A DNA stretch of 64,000 bases from Lytechinus pictus (Eukaryota): assembly GCF_037042905.1 (NCBI RefSeq), contig NC_087252.1, positions 26,848,001 to 26,912,000 of the forward strand, read 5' to 3'. This document shows positions 37,577 through 51,298 of this stretch, piece after piece. The first letter of the stretch is position 1. The number at the start of each line of letters is the position of its first letter. The translations under genes and the position numbers were made by a program. The notes under the pieces were generated by a model. That model made no database searches and was not told the origin of the DNA. It was given only the letters and a program-made list of their open reading frames with translations.

Positions 37577-39207
37577 CAGTGGTGTAACTACAAGAGAAAA
37601 AAACAGAGGAAAGGGAGGAAAAGATGGAGAAGGAAAGAGAAACGTAGTGGGTGGGGAGGAATATTGTACATTATGTTATGGGATATCATATTACATCAGA
37701 TTTTTTTAGATAACTTTATGAAACACAATTTTATTAAAGGGCCTATGTGTTCATCATTCATTTCATTGTCTGCTTAAAGGTCAGGTCCACCCCAAAAGAA
37801 TGTTGATTTGAATAAATAGAGAAAAATCAAACTAGCAAAATGCTGAAAATTTCATAAAAATCGGATGTAAAATAAGAAAGTTATGACAGTTTAAAGTTAT
37901 GCTTATTTTTCACAAAACAGTGATATGCACAACTCAAATGAGACAGTCGATGATGTCCCTCACTATTTCTTTTGTTTGAATTATACATTATTACATTTTT
38001 TATAGATTTGACAATAAGGACCAACTTGACTGAATCATATAGTATCAAACAATGCTCATTCCACATGTTCAGGGAGGAATTAATCGTTGTTTCACTTGAC
38101 AAGGAGGAGAAAAATAGGATATTCCCTATTTTATATGATAAAATACAAAAGAAATAGAAAGTGGATGACATCATAAGTATCCTCATTTGCATACCCAACA
38201 TGATGTGCATATAACTGTTTGTGAAATTAAGCAAAAAAGTAAAATGTCATAACTTTCTTATTTTACATCCGATTTTGATGAAATTTCCAGCGTTAGGCTT
38301 GTTGAATTTTTATCTTTTTAGTCAAATCACCTTTTTGTTGGGGTGGACTTGTCCTTAATGAGATATATAATCATGTTGTAAAACATCCCGTTTTCAAGTC
38401 AATATACACCAAATATATTTCGTAGCACTCTGAATTATTATTGTTTTATGTAGCGACATAGGACTGTGCTCCTTTTTCATGGCTACTTAAAGTGATAAAC
38501 AGAAAACATTTCCAGTCCGTGATTACGTTCGCATTTATAGTGGATTGGTGAGAAAATTATGTCTGCTCTTCATGAAATCCTAAAAACAGTCCTTAAAATG
38601 TCCCTTTTTTCTGGTCTGAATATCAAAACTTTTCAGCTCGAGCTTCGCGCTCGCATTTTGGTTAGTGAAATACGTAAGGCCCTGTGATGGTTAATCCCTA
38701 CAAACAAGCTTTAGAATGCCCTACTTCAGGTCTGAATTTCAAAAACTTTCTGCTCGCGCTTCGCGCTCGCGATATTCGAATTCTGAGATACGTAACTTAT
38801 GTTCATGATTACAATGACTACGAAAAAGTGCTTCATGTCATGGCGCTCACATGAGGTGACTGGTGAGATAAATAATGTACGCTCTTCATGAATTCCTAAA
38901 AAATAGGCCTTAAAATGTGTGTTTGGAGTCAATATATACAAAAATTTCAGCTCGAACGCATTGTTTGTTTAGTGAGACAAGTACGTATAATGATTGCAAA
39001 AATGTGCTTATAATTATCCCTTTTTATGTCTGAATATCAAATATTTTTAGCTTGCTCTTCTCGCTCGCATTATTTTATCAGTAAGATACATATCCGTTTA
39101 ACATGAAAGGCAGTCCTCAAAATTATAGGTCAGTATACCTGGCAAGTGAGCGCGCTTCGCGCGCCCACTCAAACTTTTTGTTGGTGTCGCCCCCCAATGC
39201 GCCACTG
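37577..39207. mobile_element. Old hAT-like element with gctcgcgcttcgcgctcgc array, containing a nested Kolobok-like MITE
   Basis: Ends cagtggtgta / tgcgccactg; degenerate TSD atgtgact vs atgtaatt; same GC motif as 8798-10921 in reverse orientation (about 38636, 38752, 39051). Confidence 0.62.
37778..38354. mobile_element. Kolobok-like MITE, second copy of the 24199-24802 family
   Basis: TTAA|aggtcaggtccacccc .. ggggtggacttgtcc|TTAA; internal sequence aligns with 24199-24802. Confidence 0.82.
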
Positions 39208-39401
39208 ATGTAATTTAATTGATAAATCTGTCAGCCCCTTCGGAGATAAAGCAACACTAAAAAACAATTTGGTACAAGTGCAGACTGCAGAGAAACCTAT
39301 ACGGAAAACATAGATGGATAGGAAACAATATAGACCAAGCAACATATGAGAAGAATTCAGCACTGTGCATGATGCACATAATCCTAATAAAAGGTAAGCT
39401 T

Positions 39402-39495
39402 GAAATTTCCCCGGAATTTTCAGGCTTCCCGAATGTTCTGTGAACTTTAATTTCCCGAAGATTACCTGGACAACATCTGGAATTCGGGAAACTTC
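39402..39495. promoter_or_regulatory. Cluster of heat-shock elements (overlapping kappaB-like sites) upstream of the second gene
   Basis: Two perfect TTCnnGAAnnTTC elements (39426-39438, 39483-39495) plus two-unit elements at 39402-39409, 39414-39421 and 39452-39459, about 320-410 bp upstream of the ATG at 39814. Confidence 0.6.
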
Positions 39496-39813
39496 TTTCA
39501 GAAGGGAAAACAGAGGCCTCCTATGAAAGGACCGTGCAATCATGCGTACATTCTTGTGAGACTCTGCGTCGCGTCGCATTCAGGCTAGGTCTACAGTACA
39601 TGTACTTAAATTGGCGCCGTGCACCGTTATTCACGCAGGCATCATTTTATACCAAGCACGCTTCTCAAAACACACGCCGACTGGTCCGCAGTAGTACCCC
39701 TTGCTTTTGCACTGCTCGGATAACGTCATTCTTATGTTGTAAGATTGTGGACTCTGGAGGCCTTCTTTTTCTCAGTTACTTTGTCCTTCTTGCCGAAACG
39801 AATTAGGAATAGG

Positions 39814-39862
39814 ATGATGTTACGGATAATAATCTGTGCTGTTATAGCTGCAAGTTTTGCAG
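39814..39862 (+). CDS. First coding exon (signal peptide) of an unidentified secreted or membrane protein gene
   Basis: aggATGATG start; MMLRIIICAVIAASFA has a basic n-region, hydrophobic core and small residues at -3/-1; strong phase-1 donor CAG|gtaagg; CpG-enriched surroundings (about 39560-40060). Confidence 0.72.
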
Positions 39863-42800
39863 GTAAGGGGAAATATTTCTCTCTTTTTTTCAGAATCCCA
39901 CTGCTATTCCGTCTTGAGACTTTGTTTTAATAGTCGAATCTCGAGAGCGGTTGAGATTGACGCCGGACGGTTGGTGGTGGAAAACTAGCCGTTGGGCCGT
40001 CGGTTGGGTCTCCCGCTTTTCGGGTGACTGTCTTGACCAGTTGAGGCCGAGAGACTTTTTTTCATGTTCACACAGTTTTGAGACGATTTAAATATTGAGT
40101 GCATGGTTTATATGATTTCACGGTTATTTCTCTTGTAAAAAACAGTTGTATGAATATAATAAGTTTATGCATCAGGTGAATGAATTGTGTGTGTGTGTGA
40201 CCAGAATTATGACTGTTCATCTAGTCAGTAGTGTACGCAGGATTTTTCAAGGGGGGGGGTTCAAGCTGAATGAAATGTTGATTACCCCCCCCCCAAAAAA
40301 AAAAAGGACTTCACCACCACTTAAGGTCGTTTCCTACCCCCAAAAAATTGAAAAGCATCATGATGCTGTCTAGATGAACAGTTCGAAAGTTAATATGCCT
40401 GTTTAAGGTGAAATTTGAGAATTTGGACCCCTGAGGCTGAGTCCGTTCCAAATGTACTCCATTGGAACTGTATGTAACCCATTGTAATGGACTCTCACTG
40501 TCTCAGGAAGCTTTAACCACCATTCCATTGAAAAAGTTGAATAAAAAGACCCATTGTTCCTCCAAAAACATCCCAATCTCTCTCAGACGAACATTCACAC
40601 AGGCACAACTCCCTTGGGTTGGGGGTACTTTAGAGAGACAAGTGTCATTTTTTTGCAGTGTAGACTCAAAGAGATATGTTACTGGTTTAATGAATTTGGA
40701 AAGCCAAAGTAATAAGATTGAATGAAGCATGGTACACTGTACACCAATGCTTGGGAGATGGTGTTTAGGCCAAAATTTAAAGGCCTACTATTCCTCAAAC
40801 ATATACCACTTAGACTTCTACCACCCTGTCACGTTGTTGTTGTTGTTCGTTGTGGGTCGTTTCCACACCCAAATGATCTCCTAGTCGGTATACTCTCAGT
40901 GTGTTTGTCACAAGGTTGATGAGCTGCTAGGTACTATTTGCTTAGATACTGGTGCTAGAAGTTGGCATTGGTGCTTTTGATGAAGCGAGCCAAAGAAGAT
41001 GCTATTATAGATTGCATTTGGGGTGACAATTTGGGGTTAGTCCCAAGGAGGGAAAAGAGGGATATATCTCGAAGATAGGAGGGGGTGCTTGTCCTTTGAT
41101 ATCCAACGTCAATGAATTGCACCCTGTCACACCCCGTCACAAACCTTCACACAGTTGAGTAGGCCTTTTCTGAAAATTCGTAACCATTCTAAAAATTTTA
41201 ATTTAGGAATTTTCAACCATTCTGACTCTATCTGAGCTCTTGTTTCAAGGTAATTTTTCAATTTTTCTTAATAACTTTACTGCCCATTCGTATATATATG
41301 TAAGTGCATTATATTTTTTCCATTCAGCTTTTGAGCTAAATCGTCCCTATTTCCCAGTTCAAATGGGTTTGGAGGTCTGCAACCGTCCTGCTTTGGGCCC
41401 CTGCATCATATTCCAGATCCACAAGCCCCAGATAAATTTAGTGTGGGGAAGCTCGTAGGCTACTCTACAAAGTAAAGCAAAAGCAAATACCCTTTCTTCT
41501 TCATGTTCTTTGTTTGTCTTTGCCTGCTGGATGTCTTAAAGCTGAGGTCTTTTGATATCCAGGCACTCTTTCTATTGATTCATTCAAACCGTTTAAGCGG
41601 CATCTTGGGGTAATTTGTGGATTGCTGGACAGCTGTAATCAGGGTAAATTGTAAGGATGTATGTAAGCCCCTATGATACTGCAATCTGTTGATAGACTTT
41701 AATTGTGTGTAGGCTACAGGTATACATGTATGGGCTCGAAGTGTGGCTCTTTTTTTCTAAATGTAACTATAATGAGCCTTTTATATATACTGTAGCTCAT
41801 CATGAATGGTCAGAACAGAAAAAAAAAAAAAAAAAAACGAGTCTCCTACTTGAGCCTTCTTGAAAATAAAAATCAGGAGTTTTTTTTTTAGATTAGATTG
41901 GCTTGTAAGGAGGTATTCATTTTGCTTTATGTTTCGGTGAAAAGAAATTCATCTTTTCCATTTGGAATTTCAAGAAATTAAATAAAAGAATGTAAAGCAA
42001 ATCAACCTGAAAACAGAAAAGAGAGGGATAAAGAAGAAATGGATGAACAATGGAAATCTGCAATGAAGGCCATAGGGGAGCCTTATAGCATGTAGGCCTT
42101 TTAAATTGTTTTTAGAGAAAAGCACGTTTTCTGTTTGGTAAGTTTCTACAAGGGCTAATACAAAAATTGTAGGCCTACATGAACTTGCATGAAGTTAGTG
42201 GGCATGGGTGGTTTTGAGTTATGAAATCATTCATGTCATGAAGATGATGATTATTAATATTTCATATTTATCATGATTCATCTGATTATCATTATTTATA
42301 ATTGGCCAATTTTATTTGTATATGAATGTACATGTAACTCAGTTAGCTGTAAAAAAAACTCCCTTCCATTTGCATGAATATTTAACAATCTCTGACCAAA
42401 GGGCAGTAGATTAGGATCACAAATATTGATGAGTACATACATGTGTAATCCGTACAGTATGTGTCGAGTTCTAACGATACATACATGTATCGTACATGAC
42501 GACAAAGCAAGCACAATATAGTGATAACGGAATGGTATGGTCTGGTACGGACGTACGGTACTAGATTAGTAGGCCTGTCAGTATTTGAAAGATAAGGTCT
42601 TTTTTAAAAGTATTTAAAAGGTTAAAGTTGACATTGTATCTTAGATATGTTTTATTCTGCTTTTTCACCAAATTACAGTGTTCTGTTGTAAGTGTACTAG
42701 ATGATGTATGTTGTTGACAGTTCAATAATTAGGACGTCGTAAGAAGAGTAATTTTTATAGAGCCATATTAATGAATTTCAGACTTTGGTGGATGAATAAA

Positions 42801-45800
42801 TGAAGATGAGAGATATATTGTGGTCACTCATGGTTTGGGGTTTTAATTCATGAATGTTACCCCTGTTTTACCCAACATGTGTATTCAACAAAGATCTCAA
42901 CGTGCACTGTGCCCCGGCTTGTATCCTAAGGGGACATATATCACGCTCAAGCAATAATCCCCCCCCCCCTGTCTCGGGAGTGATGGGGATAGGGTGTCAA
43001 TTTCATGATTAATCCAGATACGGGCCAATAAGCCTGCATTCACGGTTGTAAACTGCGCACGAGCAGAAAAAGGTCATTGGAGACAACCATGAAGGTGGCT
43101 TTCAAATTCACTGACATAGGCATTTGTGATTTGATGATTATTCATGTATTCCTTTCAAAATATTATCACATCCAAGCTGAAGAGTAATAAATAGAGCCTT
43201 CATAATCACTGGTATTTGACAGTAGCCTAAACAATAGTCAAATGTGCCAAAGGCAGACAATAAAACAGAATTCCAAACTTTATCCCTGATGTACTATTCT
43301 AGTCACCTGGTCTATACAATGCCTTTTGTTCTTAGAATTTGAATACTCTACCGGTAAAGCTTATGCAACATTTACATTTGAAAATGATAGTGCTTATCCT
43401 AATGAAAAATCACAAAGGTCATTTGAGAAAAGTTAATCATGAGCTTACCGTGAACTGGCTTATTATTCGGCCAGAACCTCCAGACTTGTAGCAAGATTTT
43501 TGTGAGGAATCTTGGCTGATACAAGGAAAATGGGAGTTTGCCTTCCATTTCCCTGCTTACAGTGATACAGTACCACCCCCCCTCACCAATTCATCAAAAC
43601 ACCCACATGTTAACAACCCAAAAGGCAGGGGTAAAGGAACAAAGGAAACCCCCTCTCTCTGCCTGCCTGCCCCCCCCCCCCCCCATCTCTAGTTTCCCCA
43701 GCTTGCAAGCCCTCTACTCCAGGTGCTACTCTTTACTGTCAAGATAATGCATGGAATTGTTTTGAAGACAAGATCACGGCCAGATGAGGTTAATTCAGGT
43801 CACATACATGTAGGGGGGGGGGTGTATGTGAGAGAGGGGTAGATGGAGAGGTAACTCAATATGATTATGACTAGTCTACGAGGCTTCATGCCTTTTGAGC
43901 TGTAGGTAGTACTAGTGGATGACCAAATATACATGTACTTTATGTCTGGCTGAGTTTGCTTTCAGTCTAGTCTTCAAATAGGCCTATATGCCAGGAATAT
44001 GATTTAAAGTTATAAAGAAAGGAAAGAATGAGCCTATATATGCCCCTGCTCATGATTTCAAGACCAACATGTGCTAAAAAACTACTTAACTGGAGATAAG
44101 AAAAACAGAAATCATTATCTAGTCAATATTTTCTTCAAATATGAGAATCTTGCCCATGGGAACTTTAATGCTATTGCTAGTGATAACATTGCCCAAGTAC
44201 ACTTAAACTGTAGGCTACATGTACATTATGTATAGGCCTACACATTGAGATAACAGGCCTAAGTTGGAATCTTTCTGAAATTTAGAGGCCATATGTGTAC
44301 AATACATATTAATCTCATGCCCAAATATGTTTGATCATTTTTGGTTAATAGTTTCAATATTCCTAAAATTTGTTGAGGCAATTTCCTCCTCAATATTCCA
44401 TATCATGGCTGTAAGTAACTTCCCTTTATCATCGAGTATGGTTTCAGATCTTTGAATACTGCATGCATTGTCTATTCCACCTATATAATGATAATGCAAA
44501 TTTAACCAGTGCTGAGGTGACCATTCTTTCCTCCATTGGAAGAAAAACCCAGAAGTGTTCATCAATCATTAACTGGCCTTGCTGATAACAGTGTGTGAAG
44601 GATAGCCAGACTGGCAAACAGAACTCGGTTTGACCAGATAATGCCATTGGGTCTCTAGAGGCTTGCATCCGCCCAGCCAGGTTCCCAAATTATAATCAGA
44701 CAGATTACATATTCTGATCTGAGGCAGAGAGATGTAGGCAGTTTTCTACATCAAACTAGTTTAATTTTTTGTATACATTGGTATTATTCACATCAAGCAA
44801 GTTTGGATCATGCAGTTACGAACGGAGCTCCATGCTTTGATTAATGTTCTTGCAATCAGGATGTCGTCTACATTTAGGCCGATTTGCAGCCGTTTTTATG
44901 TGTTTTTGAATTCAAATTCATTTGATTATTTGTTTGTTCATTTGTTTGTCCGTCCATCCATCCATTTATTTATTCATAATTTATTCATTCATTTTTTAGG
45001 GGGGATGTTTTGTTCCAGATTTAGTCCATAAATGTACACTTCCTTTTCTACTGATTTTCAATCTTTTTATTACCAATGATACTGGTCAGTTTGTTGGAAT
45101 ATTTTCTAAATTTTGGAATTTCAATGAAGCCTTGATATATTTAGGCCCTGGATTAAACGATTTTCCCCTGCACTTAAATTACAAATAGAGTAAAAACCTC
45201 AATTTGTATGGTACAGAAGTTGTATTGTGATTGGAAATTCATAAACATCCTACTTCATAATCGGTTTAGTGTTTGAAAAAAAAGAGGGTGCAGTCTGTCC
45301 CCAAAACCGGTCTTTCTCTTGATTATTCACGATTGATTGCCCCAAACTTGGCTTTCGGTCCATAATAGGACAACACACGCTCCCAGCATGCTTTTGAATG
45401 CCTGTATTGTGCAAGTGCGTTCCAGTGAGCAATATTGAGATTAATATGCTGTGAATGATATTACCTGTCGTGTGAAAACATGGAGTCAGGCGCTTGCCTT
45501 CTGCACTTTTTCAAAAGAGAGTATGTGATAATTATGAAGATATTGATGATACATTCATGAGAGTGGCACTTGGTACATGTATATCATGAAGGACACAGCA
45601 GGATTTTAATTCTCTGTTATATATATATTTAGAGATGAATAATTGACATTGTTAAAAATTAAAATTAAATACACATTGCTTCTGATGGAATAAAAGATAC
45701 TGCAAGGTCTTAAGCTATCTCTTCCACGTGTAGATAATATTACCAAAATGTGAACGTTCTAAACAAAATGGAGGTCATTATAGAGACAGTGATTTTCCGT

Positions 45801-46652
45801 TTCTGAAAATCCATAACAACTTGATGTAAAAATGGAATTTCCATTTCATTTACCGGTAAAAAGGAAAATCACTGTCCCTATCATTAACTTTCTATTGATA
45901 AATAATCAAAGATCTGCATGAGACTGCCAAGCAGACAGAACCAATAATCCCATATGCTGACCTCAAACGACTTCAGAATCTTTGAACAGTCTGAATAAGA
46001 AGTTTCCATGTAGGTTCATGAAATTAACTAAAAGGTACATGTATAATTTCTTCATAATGTACACATACATTTGTAGGCCTACATGTACAATGTATGTCTA
46101 ATAGTCTTGTTCAGTGTAATTTTTTTTGCAGATTAGAAGGTCCGATTTTCCTTTCCTGTAGCACGTACCAAATTGGCTGGCTTACACCTGAAGCTAATGG
46201 GTCTAGACATTCAAAGTGTGACCTCAATCATTGCCAGACCCACTCCAGAAATGGAGTATGTCTCAAGAATGTGTCAAGCCCAATATGGTGAGGGTGACAA
46301 AGCAATTAGATGGAGGCACAAAACTCCTCACTGGCCCGGCCTGGGTGTAAGTTCTGCTGCCAGGATATTAGGGACTCTTTGACACAGAAAGGAGCTTCAA
46401 GTATTGCGCCCTAAAAGGAAATTTATGCAAAAGTTGGACCCAGAGAAGGACATGAAGGTCCTATGTGAGCTTCAGTTGGTAGACATTGAGGTCATGTTGG
46501 TACTTTCAGACCGACTTGAAAATGGTGAATGCAAGGTTTTTTTTATCAGAATATACCATTTCTTCTTGCAGTGTGAAAGCATAAATAAGAGAACTCCAAG
46601 GGTGCTTGGGTGTAACAGCTATGTGTAACCATTTTGAATAGGGCGCCTTAGA

Positions 46653-47097
46653 GGCTGTTCTCACTACGTTCCTAAAACTAGTTTGCTGGAAACTAGTTTA
46701 ACGCGTAGTGAGAACAGTGGAAGTGATCTTGGAAGCGATCTTCCAAACCATATTGGAAAACCACCTCGCGATGTAGTTTTCAAGATCGCTTTGCCTCGTT
46801 AAACTGGTTTTAGCATGAGTGAGGACACAACCGTTCTTCGGGATGCGATCTTCGCACATTTTGAGCGCGCTACTTCACACGACAGGTGTAGAATGCCTAT
46901 GCTGCGGTTTCGAATTTCGCGCGAAGCGTGTCACCCCACTGAGAGCGTTTCCATAGCAACAAGAGCGCTTTACGTGAAGTGATTTAGAAAACCACTTTCG
47001 TGTGATCAAGTGGGAACGCTAGCAAAGCGATCTTCCAAACTGGTTTCCTGAATCGGTTTCCAGTAAACTAGTTTTAGAAAGCGTAATGAGAACGGCC
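46653..47097. mobile_element. PIF/Harbinger-like MITE, copy 1
   Basis: Long TIR ggctgttctcactacgttcctaaaactagttt / aaactagttttagaaagcgtaatgagaacggcc; related copies at about 49247-50077 and 54915-55287. Confidence 0.78.
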
Positions 47098-49246
47098 TCC
47101 AATTCTCTGCTTCTGAGATCAGACCAGTACCGCGCTTGTTCTTTTAGACCTTACATGTGCATGTATCTCAAAATTATGGTCTGGTTTTGCCAAGTAGGAA
47201 TGTGGAACTTTATTATTAGGTATTTTGAGGGCTGAGCAAGTTCTTGCCATGAAAACATCTGACCAACAGAGAATGTGCTGACACTTTCACTGTGAACACT
47301 ATTTGATCATCTGAACTGGGTCAATTTATTGGTCCAGTGGGAACCGGCTCAGGACTTGTGAATGTGAACAGGGTGATGGAGGTCATTATAGAGACAGTGA
47401 ATTTCCGTTTCTGAAAATCTGTAATTCCATTACAACTTGATCTAAAAATGGAAATTCTGTTTTTTCACTGAATGTACACAGCGAAAACCAAAATTCTGTT
47501 ATTGCAAAGGTGAATTCCATGAATTTTTACATGAAAAGTGTAAGAACCAAACAGAATTTCTGTTTTATTTACCGGTAAAAAGGAAAATCACTGTCCCTAT
47601 CATTAAATATCTATTGACAAATAATCAAAGATCTGCATGAGACAGCTGCCAAGCAGACAGAACCAATAATCCCATTTGCTGACCTCAAACAGCTTCAGAA
47701 TCTCTGAATGTGGGAACCGGCTCAGGACTTGTGAATGTGAACAGGGTGATCATATTGTTTGATTTGACTTTTCTATGGTGCTGTTCAAATGATTCTGTTT
47801 TTGCTGTCAGCATCAAGATGCTAACTGTCAATCGAAGATGGGTGATGCTGCAGGCCTACTTCTGCACATACACTTAAAAGGCTGGCACCTAGAAAGTCTG
47901 CATTGTTCAGAACTTTGGGCATGGATCTTCTTTCATGAAGAAGCTGCTGTTATAAGCTACTGAATTCCTGGAATATAATTGGCCGAGGCGAGAGCACCTA
48001 TATCATGGAATACTAGCATTTGTTCTCGATGACAGGTTTTCTGAAATTCGGGGCTTGGTTACATTACTTCCAAGTCAAAAACAAGCATCTGCTTTGGTCA
48101 TTTGGGTTAGAACCAAACAGAAAGAATGAATGATGCTTTCTGTTCCCCACGCTCATAACTCATTTTCCATGCAAGAATCGCATGCTTGCTACCAAAATGG
48201 TACAAACTTTTCCTCGTCCAACTGCCAAAATGAAAGAAGGGCCATCTTTCGTGATATGAACTCTAGAGAACGTAGGTTACTAGGGTTTTATAGGTCCTAC
48301 ATACATCTTTTTGTTGTGCCAGTTTTCTGACAATTCCAACATATTTCTCAGATTTTTCATATCTTATGTGTTTATTTTGTATCCGTATGAAATAAGGAAT
48401 ACAACACAGAGCTTGCCCAATAAAACAAGAAATTTGTAAAACTTGAAAATAGTTGGTTTCACTTTATAAGAATTTAATTAGGGCTTACGTGTACATGAAT
48501 TTTGATTTACTTTGTTGTATGTACTTCTCTGATTCTATTCAAAGTTTATTACCACCACTAGTGTGAAAGGGATGCTTTTTGTTGTTGCCAGACTGACATT
48601 CAGTCCACTTGACTGTGATAAATGGAGCATTTGATTGGTCCATGCAGGCAAAAGAGCAACTGGTCTGGAACAATCCACACTACTGATTCTTTGTATTTCA
48701 TTGGTTTTCTTATAGTTTGCCTGGGATAATTCATTGGCCTTGCGATGTTTGCACACAATTTCAAGCCAGTTTGCTGGCTCACTGGATGCTGTTTATTTCC
48801 TGTGTATTGTGTAATCTTGACTTTACGATGTAAAACATAAGTTTTGATTGACTAAAGAGTTCTATAAAGACAGTCCCCTCTCATCCTTGTACCAGAGGAT
48901 GAGGGTTTGGTGTGAGAGTTGGCTTTATGAGATGGCAGGAAAATCTGCCAGCCAACATGTTTTTTTTATGATTTGAAAAATCAGAAATTCTCTTTTGATG
49001 AAACATTTGTGAAATTTTGGAAAGAAAAAAAGTTATTTTGATTGCTGTTTGTTTGAACTGGCGAGCGTGAATGTATGTTGTACATGTACTCTTTCGTGCT
49101 TATTTTTAAAGACTCGAGAGGAGTCTAAACTTCCTCATTCATACATAAAGTGTCTACGTGTAGGCATGACGTATCTTGTTCCTTTTCCTTTTATGATTCA
49201 TCCAACATAAGCAGAACTCAAAGTTCACTGTATTTTAGAGACTTAC

Positions 49247-50077
49247 GCTCCATTCTCACTACCGTCCTAAAACTACTTTTCTGGAAACTAGTTTAGTGGA
49301 AACTAGAACGTGTAATGAGAACGGTCCAAGCGGTCTTGGAAGCGATCTTCCCAACCGGTTCAGAAAACCACCTCGCAATGTAGTTTTGAAGATCGCTTTG
49401 ACTCGTTAACTGGTTTTATACCCCTTTCCTAAACCCAATAAAACCCAATTATGCGGCTAATAGCAGCATAATTTGGTCGTAAAATCAGAGGAGGACAAGA
49501 GTTATCCGCATTATTCTGATGCTGCTATTATCCGCATAATAGCGGCATCGGGACAAGATTTTGAGTTTATGAACGTATTTCCAAATAATGCGGATACATG
49601 TAATTGCCATGGTGCGGTCACAAGGTCACCCTTTTCCAACACAACTGCATTGGAGGGGGCATGTGCAGTTGTCATGGCGATTATCCGCCTTTTTCAGGAC
49701 GGGCGCTCGTAAAAATAATGCGGATAATTTTCGGAGTTTGTGAACGCAATTTTTATTGAATTATCCGCATTACTCTTAGGCGGCTAATTGGAGGATAGGT
49801 TTTATTGGGTTTATGAAAGGGGTATTAGTGTAAGTCAGGACACAAGCGATCTTCGCACATTTTGAGCACGCTACTCCACACACTGTATGTGGAATGCCTA
49901 CGCTGCGGTTTCACATTTCGCGCAAAACATGTCGCCCCACTGAGGGTGATCCCATAGCAACAATACCGCTTTACGTGAAGTGGTTTTGAAAAGCCCTTCC
50001 GGGTGATCAAGTTGGAAATTAGCAAAGCGATCTTCCAAACTGAAATCCTGAAGAAAGTATAGGCCCTAATGAGAACG
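49247..50077. mobile_element. PIF/Harbinger-like MITE, copy 2, interrupted by another MITE
   Basis: Aligns with 46653-47097 once 49419-49824 is removed. Confidence 0.75.
49419..49824. mobile_element. MITE with TTA TSD (PIF/Harbinger-type) and ttatccgcat motifs
   Basis: TTA|tacccctttc .. gaaaggggta|TTA; second copy at 55571-56146. Confidence 0.85.
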
Positions 50078-51122
50078 TTGTCATAAAATGCATGTATAAT
50101 GATGTCTCATCTTGCAGCATTTTCTTCAGTTTCCCAAACTATAAGCCTAATGGCCTTATGAGTGAGGACAGCAGCTTCTTTATTAGAAAATAGCTCGTAG
50201 TTGACAATTCAAAAGTCTCCCTAAATCTAGATCACAATTCTCATTTTGTTGATGAAAAGAATTAGGATACCTCCAGGCATTTCTTGAACACTGTATTTCT
50301 TCTGTTATGCATTTTAGAATGTTTTTACAATGCAAAACCAATCAACTTGTTGTTGCATCCTTTACCATGTACATGTATCTTTTTTAGTCAAATCTTGTTC
50401 CTGTCAAACATTATACATGTACCTCGGTCACATTTGTGCTACGGGGTCGTACGGCGAGTCGAAGACAGCCGTTTTAACATTTTTGAATTCTTTTAAAACA
50501 AACTTTTGTAATAGCTTCATGGAGGTGGTTTGAATGAAAATGAATAAAACCGTTGTATCGTGACAGATTTAAATCTGTGTAGTCCCAATGCACAAAATTC
50601 CATGTTAACTAAAGAAACTGAATGTTTTTCACCAGATAATTTTATGGGGAAAGTTTACATGTGGGGCTTCTGTAGAGACATTAATGTTCATGAAATGCGC
50701 TCCAGAACTTTTTCAAATGTACTCCGAAAAAGTTACGCCTAGATGTTTTATGTAGGCCTGAAACTAAAGTATGTAGGAGGACCTCCTCATACTGCCAATA
50801 TCTACAAATTTGTTAGTACCCTAGAAGCGACCCCTTGTTGCCTGCCACGCACTCCCCTGTAATAAATAATATAATTAGGTTTGAATACCAGTGACTCACA
50901 GTGGAAGTTATTTTGTGTGATTATAATAGCTCTCTTTGTGAGCTGGTATCAAAGGACTCTGTCTGTACACTGTAGTCTTCCAAACAAGATGTAGACCTGT
51001 ACTTATGTGTAGGCCCTACATGCATGCATGCATGTACTTTCTGAAAGTCGACTGAAGCTACCGCTGAGCCTATCTTGATAGTTCTTTGGGTGAAAAAAAA
51101 GCCATGTGAAGTTGTGAACAGT

Positions 51123-51193
51123 GGGGATGATGGTAAAAATGATGGTGATGATGATGTTATTGTGGATGATGGTTATGATAATGATGCTGGTGG

Positions 51194-51227
<34 letters not shown>

Positions 51228-51298
51228 GATGATGATGATGATGATGATACTGATTATGATAGTTATTATGAAGTTGAGTCATGATGATGATGATGGTG
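51123..51298. repeat. (GAT/GGT)n microsatellite
   Basis: Directly visible. Confidence 0.93.

Noticed and set aside
46132..46255. Possible exon 2 of the signal-peptide gene (good acceptor ttttttgcag, Cys-containing frame)
   Set aside because: In phase 1 it reads GAT TAG at once; the open frame needs phase 2 and has no recognisable domain.
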